NCBI RefSeq assembly: GCF_963921235.1
Contig: NC_086118.1
Location: forward strand, 18,602,001 to 18,666,000
DNA from: Mobula hypostoma
Taxonomy: Eukaryota
Direction: 5' to 3'
Length of the DNA: 64,000 nucleotides
Positions 21,497 to 35,480 of the stretch are shown here, in pieces; within the stretch, counting starts at the first letter, position 1, and every line of letters begins with the position of its first letter. Under the pieces are notes generated by a model that was not told the origin of the DNA, did not search any database, and saw nothing but the letters and a program-made list of their open reading frames with translations. The position numbers were made by a program, and so were the translations under genes.

Positions 21497-24400
21497 GATT
21501 TTATGTAAGGGACTAAACACTGTGTGTTCGTTTGGTGAGATGGGGCCACCAGTTGTGAAGGGTGGTAACTGCAAGTTCAAGACGCCAGTGGGGTGTGTAT
21601 TCTCACTCTAGGAACTCTATTTTAGTGTACGTGTTTGGTGAGAGTGTGTGTGCCTTGGTGTAACAGTTAGATGCAAATGAATACAGCAGGCATCCGTGAG
21701 TTCAGACACACATAAGTGGCAGATTGCAGAGTACCTACTCTGTGGTTTTAAGTGTGTACCATCATTTATGTTTTGCATAATGTGGGAATTAATGTGGAGA
21801 TATTTCAGGGAGCGGACTGACCCAGATATATCTGTCGGGATGGCACCTATTGAAGTCAGGCAACGTCTGGGCGAGAGTTCTGATGACCTGAGCCACTCCT
21901 TGATCTTGAATATAACCATTCATAAGCCCTTCAGCCCTGGGGAGAGTCAGAGCATTTTGTCAGAGTTGCCTTCACTTGAAGTCGCAGGTGGAGATTCAGA
22001 ATTCTGGTGCAAGCTGGAGGAAATGGTTGAAATTCACCAGAAGCACCCTCAAGAAATCCATGTATTGATAAAAATGAAGTGCCTGAGGGATATGTGGGAC
22101 AGTATGGCCTGATGGGTGCAGGACGGTACATGGGCAACTACTGAAAATGCCAACAATGAAGAGAGAAATCGCTTTTTAAAGGGGAAGGTTGGTAGTGACT
22201 GGGGCGAGGTAAGAGTAACTAGGAAACAATAATGTCAGTGATTCAGAGAGCTGAAGAACCAGCCATGGGTTATGTAGAACATAAATATCCAGCACATGAG
22301 CAGTATTCAGGGATGGATAATCAGGGAGCGATGGCCCAGTCTTCCTGAAAATGCTGAAGGAAGGCCCAAGCCCAGCTCACGAGGAAGCTTTAGATTTGGG
22401 GATAGGAGTGGGATCAACTGAACCCGTGATAGTATCATGGGCCAGTGAGGTAGACCAGAGGAGGGGCAAGAGAAGTTGTAAAGTGGCTGTAGCAAATGTA
22501 GCTGCCGTGACGTCACAGATAACTTGTTTTGTATGCCGGCAGCCGGGACACGGAGCAAGGAACTGCTGGAATAGAAGGCAGGTTAAAGGAGATTTGTTAC
22601 AGTTGTGGCTTCTCAAGCTATGGTTGGAGGCAGTGATCTGAGGAACGAGGAGGGTATGAAAATCACTCAGCAAAGCAGGCAGAATCTGCAGCAGCACCCT
22701 CTTTCCAAGTTGACTGCTGACCAGATTAGAGAGCTGGCAAGGTCAGACAAATGGATGGCGGTAGCCTCTGTTGCCAGTGGTGGTTATCCATGGATGTACA
22801 CAAGAGCTTTATTAGAGGGCCAGCAATGCAAAATCGTCAGTATCGATAACTGATCTACCCTTGCCCATGACTGGAGAGGCGATTTACATTACCAGTGCAG
22901 GTGCTGAGACAAAGGGCAGTGATAAATCAGCCCCAGGTACTTGAGATCAAGGGAGTGCGGCTTCCTGTAGATTTTTGGGTGTGCCCAAACAATGAGGGTA
23001 CTATCCTGGGGATAGACACACTGAGTAAGGCAGGTGCGATCACAGACTCAGGAAAGGGAGAAATAACATGAACAAGACAGGGACAGTGAACATGTGTTAC
23101 CTGCGAAACAGCTAATGTGGCCCGCTGAGAGACAGCAGCCTCAAGCGAGGAGAAGAGAGAGGGTGATGGGAGGGAATTATGTCAGGAAGTCCCGGGGAGG
23201 GGCTGAGCACAGTCAGGTTCTGTTAGAAGTAGTACATCTGCCTGAGGTGATTGCAGTTAAGGCTCACCAGAAAAGGGATAGTAAGACGCAGAAAGGGAAC
23301 GAGTGGCCAGATAACAGCGTGAGAAGGGCAGCAGAGAAAATGCCAAGTGTACAGGAAGAAACCACAACTACCAATTCAGCAAAATTACATGGAGATGTGA
23401 AGGACCACTGTAACCAGGGTAAAGTGTTGAAACACCGAGCAAAACAACAGCAACACATTGCTGATCAGAGAGAGCTGGAGGGAAAGGAGATGGTACTCCC
23501 ATACCCAGATGACCAAATCCTGGTGATGTTGCTGTCTGGAAAGGCAGGGTTTTTTCCCAGATGGTACTTTCAATAATGACACTTGTGTCTGTGTGCAGAC
23601 ATGGTGAGGCAGCGAGTGGAAACACTGGACTCAAGTTAAACCATACGATTTACTTTCTTGTTGCCCCACATTCAGAGTGGGAGATCAAGTGCACCCAGTA
23701 ACAGTGTAATTCAGAGAACCTAAGAGATGAACACCAGCTGGCTGCACTAGACCAGACCACAGATGATGGAAGCAGACCCACAGCAAATACAAAGGCAGAG
23801 GACACCGAGAGAATGCAACAGAAAGGCTTGAATAGCACTTTAAAGTGTAATGGTTACGATACTTTGTAATAAAGGCTGGTTGATGAAGGTAGATTATTAG
23901 TTGAATCGCATGGAATAGAACAGATATTGGGGAGGATAGATGGGAAGGGATCCAAATTACAACAGAGACATCAGGTTCCATAACTGCAATGGCATGGTAG
24001 ACTGAGAAAGAGAAAAAATTGCACACAGCATCTGAAGGCAGTCACTACCAACCTGAATGTAGAGTGAATATAAATGAACTGGGCACTTTTTGCAGTTGGG
24101 CTAGTGATTGACTGGACGGTTGGAAAGGGGTGGCGCTGGGGAGAGGCTCTTGCAGTCATTCAAAAAGAGACTGCCCCAACCCCTTCCTGTACATCGACGA
24201 GGGGGCCTGTGAGCCTGATACATTTACCTTGCTGGTGCCCCTGGAAACAAAATTTTAGCTATCAGAAGATGAAACAGTGAAGATATAGAATGTGATTAAA
24301 CTGCAATCGGCCAACAACGAAGGAGGAATGATGAAGCTTCATTTTTAAAGTCTGTTGTTCAAATTCCTGGAACGATCTCTCTGCTTAGCATCTTGTAGGT

Positions 24401-25081
24401 AGCTATTAGGGATGATAGGGTAGATGTAGATGCACATAAAGTAATTGGGGGGGGGGAAGAAATTCCAAGACAGGACCTTTCTGCTGCCCTATTTGAGTAG
24501 ATGGTCCTCAAGGTTAGCCTATCCTTGTACAATTTAATTTTATCTAGGAGGGCCAAAAACCTTTTCAGGGCTTTTTGCGGGTTAGTACATATAGCAAATA
24601 ATTTCAATGCCTAACTTCAACCATCAATTTTCAGATCTGAATATGGACTGTAGATTAAATTTAAAATGCAGCTCTGAACAGTGTGTTCCTAAGAGCCGTG
24701 ATCCACAGTTAATTGGAAGACCAGACAATACTAATTTAAATTCACTGGTGTGGCTGTAGTGTGGATGCGACAAGAGAAGTGTGACAGTTTTGTGTAGTTC
24801 AAAGGAAGCATTGTAAGTATGGAATTTTCCTTTGATCTTTAGCATATAAAATGTCATGTAGTGTTGGGTCACATAACACAGTGACTTTGCTCACATTACA
24901 GTGATCAGTAGTACAGAAAGATCAAGCACTTCGGAGGTTCAAACACAAAAAAAAATCAAGCCTGTCTTTCCAGTGCATGACTGAATTAGATTTGCTTTGC
25001 ATTTTGGTTAAGGCGTAAAATCAAGGGCTTATTTACACCCTTAGGTGGCTGTAAAATATCCTAAGCCACTATCATCTAGAT

Positions 25082-25270
25082 GTTCAAAGTTCAAAATATT
25101 TCATTCTCAAAGTACATACTGTATACGTTACCATATACAACCCTGAGATTAATTTTCTTGCAGACATTCAGAGTAGATACAAAGAAACGCAATAGAATCA
25201 ATGAAAGGCTGCACACAAGACAGACAAATAACTATGTGCAAAAGACAACAATCTGCAAATGCAAAAAGTC
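25082..25270 (-). mobile_element. Rex1/Babar-type 3' tail fragment
   Basis: GTTCAAAGTTCAAA..CAAAGTACATA..CAACCCTGAGATT..TTTCTTGCAG. Confidence 0.6.
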
Positions 25271-25559
25271 AGGAAATTCTCCCGTATAAAATCAATGGAC
25301 TGCAGGCTGTATAAATCTGAAATTGAAACAGAAAATAATGGGGGGGGCGGGGTGAAAGACTCAGCAGGACCCCAAACCTGAAACAATAACTATTGCTCCT
25401 TCCACAGAAGCTACCTGACCTACTGACTTGTACTTTTGCCTCCATGAATCTTGCAACATCACTAAAACTGATTACCTGCTCAGTATCAAATTGCTGTTTT
25501 TGGAGAGCTTGCTGGATGTAGCAACTGCTTTGTCTGCTGATTCTATTTCCTACAGTACA

Positions 25560-26276
25560 ATAAGGTTCAAATCTCATTATCGACAGCACACAGCACACTG
25601 CACACAGCATATTGTACAAATAATAAATATGGTTACGAATTCAGAAAAAAACATAGTCATAAAGAAAAAATACTAATATAGCTCATTCCTGAGCGCCATG
25701 ACTGTAAACTTGACAGTAAGTTCTCCTGATCCAGCTTATTATTCCCCTGAGTAAACACTGGAGAGCAGCACCAACATTATGGGGTCAGCCCCCACCCTAA
25801 ATATAGATTCCAGCGCTCTGCACAAGGGCTCTCCCACACCGCCTCAGTGTCTCCTCTCCAGGTCAGCTGCAACAGGCAACCTCATGGCCTCAGCCTAGTT
25901 TTTGCCACAACCAAGGCAACGCAGCTTCCCCCAACGTAGGTTTCCCCAATGAACCAGTAAACTAGACTTGCAGAATTCTACGTTACTGATATCCAATAGG
26001 GACTTGTAATCACAGTAAAAAAATCTGAGACAATCACTCAAAATGCATACCATCAGCTCTACACAAGTCCAGCCAGGTGACAACACAACAATGGTATGCA
26101 CTAAGACCAGCTCCATTGCTATCGAGCAACTTACTAATGAGATAGTCTTAGAATACTTGAAGTTCTTAGTACCCAGTTGTTAACTTGCAATCATAAAAAA
26201 TACTTACAAAACAAACAAATACACCTTTGATAGGACCCATAGTGGCCATTGCATCCTAGTGTGCTGCCATCTTACC
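25560..26276 (-). mobile_element. Non-autonomous retroposon, same family as 8208-8968
   Basis: 5' GGTAAGATGGCAG; internal similarity to 8600-8960; left boundary approximate. Confidence 0.55.
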
Positions 26277-27084
26277 ATCTTTTGAAGTACAGTGACTGTA
26301 CTTCAAAATTACTTCATGGACTGTAAAACAAGTGGAGAGACTTTGAGTCTATATAATGTGAGACTTTGAGTCATTATAATGTGAGCAACATCTGAGCATG
26401 AAAACTGATGGAAAATATTTTCCCATTTTAAAGATAGAAGCAAATTTACAATTTATTAATCATAAGTTATTTGAATGCATTGAGATAACTAGTAGAAAAC
26501 TTAATTCTATTTATCAGACTATTGTAACACTTTAGTGAAGTGCATATTGAATTTTAATGGTACACTTGTCCGGCAGTAATTTATTGATAACTTTTTGGCT
26601 GAAGACAACAATACATTTTGTTGCTTTAAATGGAAATTTAGCTGGGCTCTGTAGATTATAGGAAATTAGATCAGAATGATATCATTTGGCAACTTCAGGT
26701 ACTTGGAATATCTATAATGTGAAATTAATTCAAAAAGGGAAGCACACCCAATACTGTAAAATCTTGTAATCTTCTAATGATGTCTGAATGGTTTTTAATT
26801 AAATGAACGACACCAGAGGAAGGGACAGTAGAACAGATTGAGTACCGGATTAAAGTTCATGCTGACAGGAGACCTGATCAAATGCGGTTAATCCATTTCA
26901 TTTCTGTCTTCCTTTCATCTGTGTAAGTATAATTATCATGTTGCATAGTGGCAGCCCTTTAGATGTTTGACAAAGTGAAATAGGAATTTGTAGAGTGCAA
27001 CATCATTTGTTTAATGAATTAAAACCTCTGCAGTCCAGGGGATGATATGCAGAAGAAAGCAAAGGTTTCACAGGAATTAATGTT

Positions 27085-27904
27085 CAGAAAAAGTAGGAAT
27101 ATAAAGAGCACAGGAAAGAGCTCAAGCAGGGAATTAGGTGGGTAAGAAGAGGTAATGAATTGTCCCTGATAAATAGGACTTTAAAAAATCTAAAGGCATT
27201 GTATACGTACATTAAAGACAAGAGGTTAGTTAGGGAGAGAATAGGATCACTCAAGGATAAAGGAGGGAATTTATGCATGGAGCCAAAGGATGTGGGTGAG
27301 CTACTAAATACATAAGTATTCATCAAGGAGAAGGGGATAGTGTATAGTAAGAGCAGTGTGGTGAATGACAATAATGTAGAGCATGCTGAGATCAAAAAGG
27401 AAGTGACTAGGTCTCCAGGGCTTGATGGGACCTATCCCAGATTATTGAGAGAAAATGCTTAGGGATAGGATTTTCTTACTTTTGGAAAAATGTATTCATT
27501 ATGGGCATGGTTTGTGTGGGGCAGGTAATGTTTCACAAGCTTAATTGAGTTTTTTGAGGAGATGGTGAAAATGATTGATGAGGGTAGGGCAATGGATGTT
27601 GTCTCTATGGGTCTCAGAAAGGCATTTTACAAAATCCTTCCTGGTTACTTGATCCAGATGAATAAGATGCATAGGAGCAATGGTAATATTGCAGATTAGA
27701 TTCAAAATCGACTGTTGGGGATTGTAGTGGGAGAATACACAATAGTGGCATTTAAGAGGAATTTAGACAGGCATTTTAACATGTAGGGAATGGCAAATTT
27801 CTGATCATATACATACAGGTAGATTTATTTTGATATGGCATCATGATGCACACAGACATAATGGGCTGAAGGTCCAAATCATTTTCTGTATCATTCTGTA
27901 TCCT
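27085..27904 (+). mobile_element. CR1 ORF2 and 3' remnant with internal deletions
   Basis: ELKQGIR..KNLKALYTYIKDKR..IGSLKDKGG; SPGLDGTYPRLL; CR1-type tail ATGGGCTGAAGG..TTCTGTAT. Confidence 0.75.
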
Positions 27905-28754
27905 AAGACACTACATTATCAATGGAACTATTAATGAAAATACAACAAACATCATGGTGCTTTGGAATTTGCAGTTGTAAAGGTAGAAATAAGATTTTCA
28001 GTGGTATTTTGTATTCTACCATTGTTTGATTGTTTGCTTCAAACATTTATGGGACATAATTCAGTAATGGAAAATAAAATAATTATAGCCCTCTGTTCAT
28101 TACAAACTGGCTCCAATGTAAACCAGGATACTGAAATCACCAGATGACTTAGTTGAAGAGCAAAAGGAACACAATTGAAGTTAAAATTTAAAGTACCTGG
28201 AAAATTGGCTGAAGAATGAAAATCAGAATTCATGGATGCAGGGATGAAGATGACCAAGAAAGAGTCAGAAGAGACAGCAAATGCTAATATCTGGGGTAAC
28301 ACACAACACACTGGAGTAACTCACCTGCTCAGGAACATCTATCGAGGGAAATGGACTGTTCCTTTCCCTCCAGATTAAGACTAACAGGAGATCTGTTTTC
28401 CACCAACACTCTAAATGTGGGGTGTGGTGCAGTGGTATTAGTTAAGTAGGGAAGAATTTATCTCTCAATATATTGATGCAGAATAAAGCAGTGCAAGAAA
28501 GTTACTTCTGCCAGCAAAGCATGGAATAATGCGAAGAAAATGTGATCTGACCTATTTTCTCTAATGTCTCCCATGCAATAAATTGCTTGGTGCAATCCAG
28601 TAAAGCAGCAATATCATACAAATATCAATCAGATCAGTGTTGGTAATATAGTTTAGTTGAGAATGCGCATTGATAGAACTCACCACTCTCCAAGAATTAT
28701 TCACTAGGATAGGCTGGAAGGAATGTTGAGAAAGGCTTCTTTTGAAATGAAGTA

Positions 28755-28968
28755 CAGATACTACCTTCATGGAGGAGGTGCAAAAGCCTGAAGACACGTA
28801 CTCAATGTTTTAGGAACAGCTTCTTCCCCTCCACCATCAGATTTCTGAATGGTACATAAACCTATGAACTCTGCTAGTTTGTATGTATATGTATGGCACT
28901 GTACTGCTGAGGCAACACAACAAATTTCATGACCTAAGTCAGTAATAATAAATTTGATTTTGATTCTG
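28755..28968 (+). mobile_element. Rex1/Babar 3' end fragment
   Basis: GG.CKSLKTRTQCFRNSFFPSTIRFLN followed by AATAAA..(GATTCT)-like tail. Confidence 0.7.
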
Positions 28969-31244
28969 AGATGGTGGCACATTTGAAAGAGAAAGGGTAG
29001 CAAGAGCAATTTGGGCACTAAATTGTTAGTGGTGATGCACAGAGGACACAAAAATAGGGTTGCTATCCTTAAAAAAATGTACACTTTGGCTATCTTGCTC
29101 ATATAGATATAATTCAGATTTTGGCATCCACTGGGATGAAGGAGTTACAAGAAAGCCAACAACCAGTAAATAAATGATGCAGTTCGATTACAGAGAAAAC
29201 CTGATTTAGTTTTTTGTCATTAGATTTAGGAAGAAAAAATGAGCAAATTTGTGAATTAATGTTCCTACGATTGAATGTATGTCACAACAGTTCACAGTTA
29301 AAATATTATCTAGATGTAATTACAATTATAGGGAATGGAATTTAATGTTATACATAACGAGCTTTGAAATAGTATAAGTTATGAGAGATCTTAGATGAAG
29401 TCACTTTTTGTTGGGTCTGTATGGATGACTGCATCTTGCATAAAAATGACATGCAGCCGGTTAACTGTGGATTTTATTCTCATCGGCTCTCTAAATTTTC
29501 CAGTAAGAATGAAAGAAGATGTGTTTTTCTTTCTACAAGAACCAAATTAAGAAGTATGTATTACAAGTCTGCTGGGGTGTGACATTGTATAATCAGGCAC
29601 ATTTAATTTTGCTTTAAATTTGAACATTTCAACAAAATTATCAATATTCACTTGATTTTCCAGAATTAGCTGAAAAAAGGAGCGGCAAATATCCCTTGAC
29701 ATTTTGAAGGCATATAGCAATTTCTCACTCAGCTAAAAGTTAACAGTTTACTCCTCATAACATAGTACATGCATCAAATACACAAATTGCTGGCTTTGCT
29801 ATTGATAATATTTACTTCAAGGGAGTTCTTTTCATGTGGCACATTGTCACCTCTCACAGTTAGCCAGTTACAGTACACTTTTGATATCAAGGCTTATCAG
29901 ATTCAGCTTTGATGCAAATTAGATTCAGACATTCAGATCCTGTCCACTCCAACAAACTAAATACATGCAACTTAAGCAATATTCACTCCCAAGCCGAAAT
30001 GTCTCTGAAGGCAAAGGGAAATGGAGAATTAATTAAATCACCCTGCTTCTTTTTTTGTGCAAGCATGATAATTATTTTATAATTTTACTCAAAGTCCTGT
30101 TGAGATGCATCTGGTTAATTTGTATCTCATTCGCAGAGTGTCCTGCAGGTGCAAACTAAATAATCATAGCTAGCTGTGCGGAGAGAAATGTAGGTTAATT
30201 CCATCTGCAGCGCAGTTTTCCCGATCTCAGTGTGAGTTTTGTGAAAGATTGAATGAGCACATACACATTGCAAAGGCACTACATTCATGGCACTGTAAAG
30301 CATGCCACATCTGCTGCTGTCAATTGCTTAATACTGGTTCCATTCTTGCAATAAAATCTTACAAAATAAAAGAGTGAAGATATGTCTTTGTCGCTGTTAG
30401 GACATCCAGAAATTGATTAATTATTGAGCCATTTAAGGATACCTAAGGGATCTTTGATCCACTTGGATTAAGAAAAACAGAGATAATTACTTTTAATTGC
30501 AAACATGTTTGGACTTTTGCAACCTTGATGTGTTCATTTTGACAACAGACCCAGTACAGTCTAATACAAGGTCTGTGTTGGTAAAATGCTCCTGCTGATA
30601 ATAAATACAACATCAGAGACACTACATTTGGAAAGAGGAGGAACAAATTATTTCCTGATTTTGATAATAGAGTGTGCCTAAGTTGCACACATACTTGTGC
30701 TGAATTATACACATACAACAATCCCAAGATCATAATGACTGTGCCTCCAGAACTACCCAATTATCAACCTATCTATCAACGAGACATTTAAGAACTTGGA
30801 AAAAAAAACAATAAAGCAGCACAGAAATCCAGACTAATAAGGGAAAATTAATCTGGAAATAACCTTTACTTGCTTTTTGGGCCAACAAATCTTTCTTAGT
30901 GTTCTCCAGTCATTAAAGCAGCAAGGACCATATGTTTCACAGTCAAGGTAGCTGCACTAATTGATGGAGTCTGATCTCCCTACTAGCACAATATCCACAG
31001 GAGAAAATGTTACAACTCTTCAATTCTTTGCAATTCCTTTTAATCTACCAGGCTGAAAGAAAAGATTCTCGAGATTTCAATTCAGTTAGTTCTCCTAATT
31101 ACCTGCGGGATCTGCATACCGTTTTTTTTCCCACAGCTTCCTTAGAAAACCTAAATATCTGTGCATCTCAGAGTTCAGGAATCTTTCACCAACTAAATAA
31201 TATGTATATTTTAATATTTTTTCCTATAACATGAAGAGAAGAAA

Positions 31245-31780
31245 AAGAAGACAAAAATAGGAGAGGATATAGACCATCTAGCCCCTCACACCTGACCCAC
31301 CATTCAACCTGATCATATCTGATTTACCTCAGGAATTGAGTTCACTTCTATGCCAGATCCCCATAGCCCCAATCTTTCAAATTCCCCAATTATAAAATCT
31401 TTCAAAAGATCACCATAAGACTATAAGATATAGGAACAGACTCAGGCCATTTGGCACATCAAGTCTGCTCTGCCATTACATCATGGGTGATCCATTTTCC
31501 CTCTTAGCCCTAATCTCCTGCCTTCTCCCTGTATCCTTTCATGCATTGACTAATCAAGAATCTATCAAACTCTGCTTTAAATATGCCCAATGTCTTGTCC
31601 TCCACAGCCACCTGTGGCAATGACTTCTGCAGATTCACCGCTCTCTGGCTAAATAAATTCCTCCTCATCTCTGTTCTAAAAGGATGGCCTCTATTCTGAG
31701 GCTACGTCCTCCTCTTTAAATATTTCCAAAGTTCTAACCTCTGTGTTGGAGAATTCCAAACCACCTTGTGCAAAAAGATC
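31245..31780 (-). mobile_element. Two nested CR1 3' tail fragments
   Basis: ATAAGACTATAAGATATAGGAACAGA..AGGCCATTTGGC is the reverse of the tail at 14760-14845; a second older tail starts ~31255. Confidence 0.75.
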
Positions 31781-33774
31781 ATTTCACATTTTCCCATTCT
31801 ACATATGTCAGATCTTATTTTATAATTTAACATTTTCTAAGTTTTCTTTAGAAAATAAATCTGCTTATTTTTGATATTAGATGAGAAATGATAGATTTGG
31901 GCAGTAGGTTGAAGCATTTTGATTAAATAAATGCAACACAATCCCCATCATTTACTCCCTGCGCATCCACTTGTATTTTCCATTTGTTAAGTCTGGCCAC
32001 CAGCCAGATAACTTAACTATTTTGGTAACCAACTGTGTTAGTGATTCCAAAGCCAACTACTGGGTGCCTTTTTATTTACTAGTAGCGAGGAGCAACATTG
32101 AAAGTTGGCTGAAAGGAACCCTTTGCTCGCAAATCTGTGGAATACAGTTGGATGCGTTTGTGAACTGCTCTGTGCTACTGACAGAAGGACTGCTTGTCAG
32201 ATTGGAGCACTGCATGACAAAATAAAATAGAGTTCATAGCCACCTCTAGCTGCACTTCATTTTGCACTCAGTTTCGCTCTTAAAACTCATGCTGTGCATC
32301 ATTGGGATAAAGGTATCTCCGTCCATTTCCTCCAACCTACTACTATTAAAAGAAACATTTAACATTATTTCCAAGGCTTCATTAGCAATGGAATCTTCAC
32401 AAGCCTGTAACTAACGTGACCATTTCTTAGAGTCTACTGCTCTTCAGGTAGTCTATATTTCACAAACCTGAAACTTCTGCTGATTCAGATTTACTCATTA
32501 TTCTATAAAAGGGTGGTCAACTGGAAACATCAACTTTGTTTCTTGACTTATAGTTGCTGCCTGACCTGAGTTTTTACAGCATTTTCTGTTTTCATTTTGG
32601 ATTTCTATCACTGGTAGTTATTTGGTTTTCTCATATATTTGTATTCATTTTCCATTTGCGATTTTCACTTCTACCTTCTGTCTAGATGGCAGTAGAATAA
32701 ATGAAACAGAAAGTGCTGGAAGTACTCAGCAGGTTGGACTGTATCTATGAGAAGAAAAATCAGAGTTAATGTTTCAAGTCAGAAACCGTTGTCAGAACAA
32801 TTGATCATCACATAGAGAAAGTGGAATTTATTTACCAGTCCTGATGTTTCACCACTCACTCTTACAAAATAAGACTCAGGAGCGAGCTGTGAACCCTGCT
32901 AATTTCAGTTCAGGCCATTTGAAAAGCTACAAGACCATGGTTATTTTTCCTAACTTTAATCAGGTCTATAAGTTTGATGACATCTATTGCAGGAGCAGGA
33001 GCATGCTGGCCCAGAACCAGAGATTGTCCGATTGAAACCAACCTTAGCTAACAGTAATATTGTCATCAACAGTTCTGTTTCATCATTTTTAATGTAAGCA
33101 GAGACCCAGTGGGACAAGGGCCCATTTCTGTGAAATATTAATCTATGCCAATATGATCTAAACAACAATGTATGGAAGTCAATCTAGAATAAACTTGTTG
33201 AAAATATTGTGGTGTTCTGAATATCGTAGCCAGTACACTATTTCAGACATTGCACATGCCATTGAACACAAAAGTGCAAGACCTAATGACTGACTCTATA
33301 TACAGTCCAGTGGGGAAACAGCCTTATTGGGATTCCCAGGCAACGCAATGGGGAAGTGCCACTTGGATCATAAGCACTTTCATTGAAGCATACAGAAGGA
33401 AGAGCCTCTCGTGCAAGATCCCAAAGTCCAGGCCTTTTACCAATCTGCTGCTGCTGTATTACATTGACCACTTCAAACATCTCAGTAATTAACGATGAAG
33501 TTCACTACTGCCTTCAATGTGATAAAATAGTCTTTCACTGGGTGAAGAAAAGGTTTTTTTGAAGTCTAGTTCTCAGACCTGGCACTGTGATCCCTGAACT
33601 CTAATACGCTTCTCGACTACCAACAGGAGATATCCCAAGGCTCTGGAAAAATACATAATACTGTGTCGACAAAATCCTTTAAATGTACTCGATGGAAAAG
33701 CAAACCAATGTCAGCATCCTCTCCATGGCCAATATCCCTCGTACTTAGCCCCAAGTTGCTCTTAATTACTGAAA

Positions 33775-34112
33775 TACCTGAATAAAGTGAAAGTGAAGAG
33801 GGTGATTCCCTAAATATGAAAGTCTAGAATTCAAGTACACAGCCTCAGAATAAATATACTTCTCTTTAAGACTGAGATGAGGAGAATTTTCTTCAGCCAA
33901 GGGGTGGTGAATCTATGGAATTTGTTGCACAGGGGATTGTGCAGGCTAAATCACTGGATGTATTTAAGGAAGAGATTGATAGGTTCTTGATTGTTAAGGG
34001 AGTTAAGGGAAATAGAAAGAAGGTGAGAGACTGAGTTTGAAAAAGAAATAGCCATGTTTGAATGACAGAGCAGACTCAATGGGCCAAATGACCTAATTCA
34101 TGTCTTACAATC
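33775..34112 (+). mobile_element. CR1 3' fragment
   Basis: FKTEMRRIFFSQGVVNLWN and tail GACTCAATGGGCCAAATG. Confidence 0.8.
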
Positions 34113-34464
34113 TAATGTGCTACATTGGGAAGTGCACATTGTTCATATACCCAACATCAGACACTTGGAATAGACACTACTCAGGACGAAATCATCAGGA
34201 GGATGGAGAAAAAGATTTATGGATGTGTTGCTTCCTGTCAGTGCATATCAGGACCATTCTGGGGCAGTTATTCAACTTTACATCACTGAAGGCCTGACTT
34301 GACTCAAGGGCATTGAGGGTCAGGAAGATATACACTGTATCCAGCCAAGGTCAGTATGGATATGCAAGGATCCCAGGTGATAAATCAAGGTGGTTGACCA
34401 GGTCCAAGATGAATTAGCTCAATGAATTCTACAGTTAAAGTTTAAGAATATGTGTTCTTAACTT

Positions 34465-35480
34465 TCAAAACATGCTTTGAATGGTTTGTAAAGGCACATA
34501 TCAAAAACTCCATTTCTGTCATACTGGACGGTCAGCAATATACTTATCAACAGAACCACTCTACAACAGATGCCATATCATCTGGCATCTGTCATGCACT
34601 TGGCCCTGACACACCTAGAAAACGAGGACACAGGCTAAAATGCTGTTTCTGGATTTTAGTTTAGCATTCAACACTATTGTTCCACAGTTGTTGGTGAACA
34701 AACTCCTACTCCCAACTCTTCATTCTAAATACACCACTGTGCAACTAGTTGTTGGACTTCCCGACCAACAGACCTCAGATAGTCAGGATGCACGACCACT
34801 CCACCTCCCCCCATCCCCATCATTTTCAACATGGCTTCCCTCCATGCCTGTGTGCTGAGCCCATTGCTGTACAATTATCTGCTCACGTATGACTACCTGG
34901 CCAAACACCCGAGAACTTACACTGTCAAGTTTGGCAATAACATGACAGTGGTAGACTCCGTTACCAACAGCAATGAGATGGCCTACCCAGCAGAGGAGGT
35001 GGAAGAGCTTAAGGCCTGGTGCTAGGCCAATAATCTCTTCCTCAATGTCAATAAAACCGAGGAGATTGTTATCAACTTCAACACCACTCACACCCTCTTT
35101 ACATTGGTGACACAGCAGTGGAAACTCTAAGCAGTTTCAAACTCCAGGGACTGCACATTACACTCAACCTCTCTCCGTTCCAGAATAAATTCTACACAAT
35201 AGGGAAAGCTCACTAATGTCTCCACTTTCTGGAGAAGGCTGAAGAGAACTAGACTATACTTATGTCCTTCGACAGATGCGCAGTAGAGAGCACCCCAACA
35301 AGCTGCATCACTACATGATACGGAAACTGCACTGCAGTGTAAAGGAAGGCTCTACAATGGGAAATCAAAACTGCCCAATGCATTAGCGGCACCAGCCTAT
35401 CCGCCATCAAGGACAGGTATAAAGAAAGGTAACATCATGAAGGATGCCACCTAAACTATCCTGGAGCTGTTTGTCCCACT
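34465..35480 (+). mobile_element. Rex1/Babar LINE RT fragment, decayed
   Basis: [47 protein letters not shown]; downstream NVNKTEEIV. Confidence 0.85.

Larger units (their letters stand above)
21264..24330 (+). mobile_element. ERV-like internal region: gag, pro, (RT deleted), RNase H, IN tail, possible env start
   Basis: Capsid-like HKPFSPGE..ILSELP..GG..FW; MHR-like QRAEEPAMGYVEHKY..YSG; zinc knuckle CFVCRQPGHGARNC; protease tail FWVCP..TILGIDTL; RNase H IAVKAHQK..KGNEWPD; IN tail GFFPRW..DTCVCV..WKHWTQVKPY; hydrophobic-start ORF 24074-24280. Confidence 0.8.

Noticed and set aside
24319..24620. Polypurine tract GAAGGAGGAA plus TG as the start of the ERV 3' LTR
   Set aside because: The following sequence shows no visible similarity to the 5' LTR at 20859-21263, so no 3' LTR is called
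32940..33060. Plus-strand acceptor-like CTAAC..TCAG followed by short frames
   Set aside because: All frames stop soon after, with no good donor and no recognisable product
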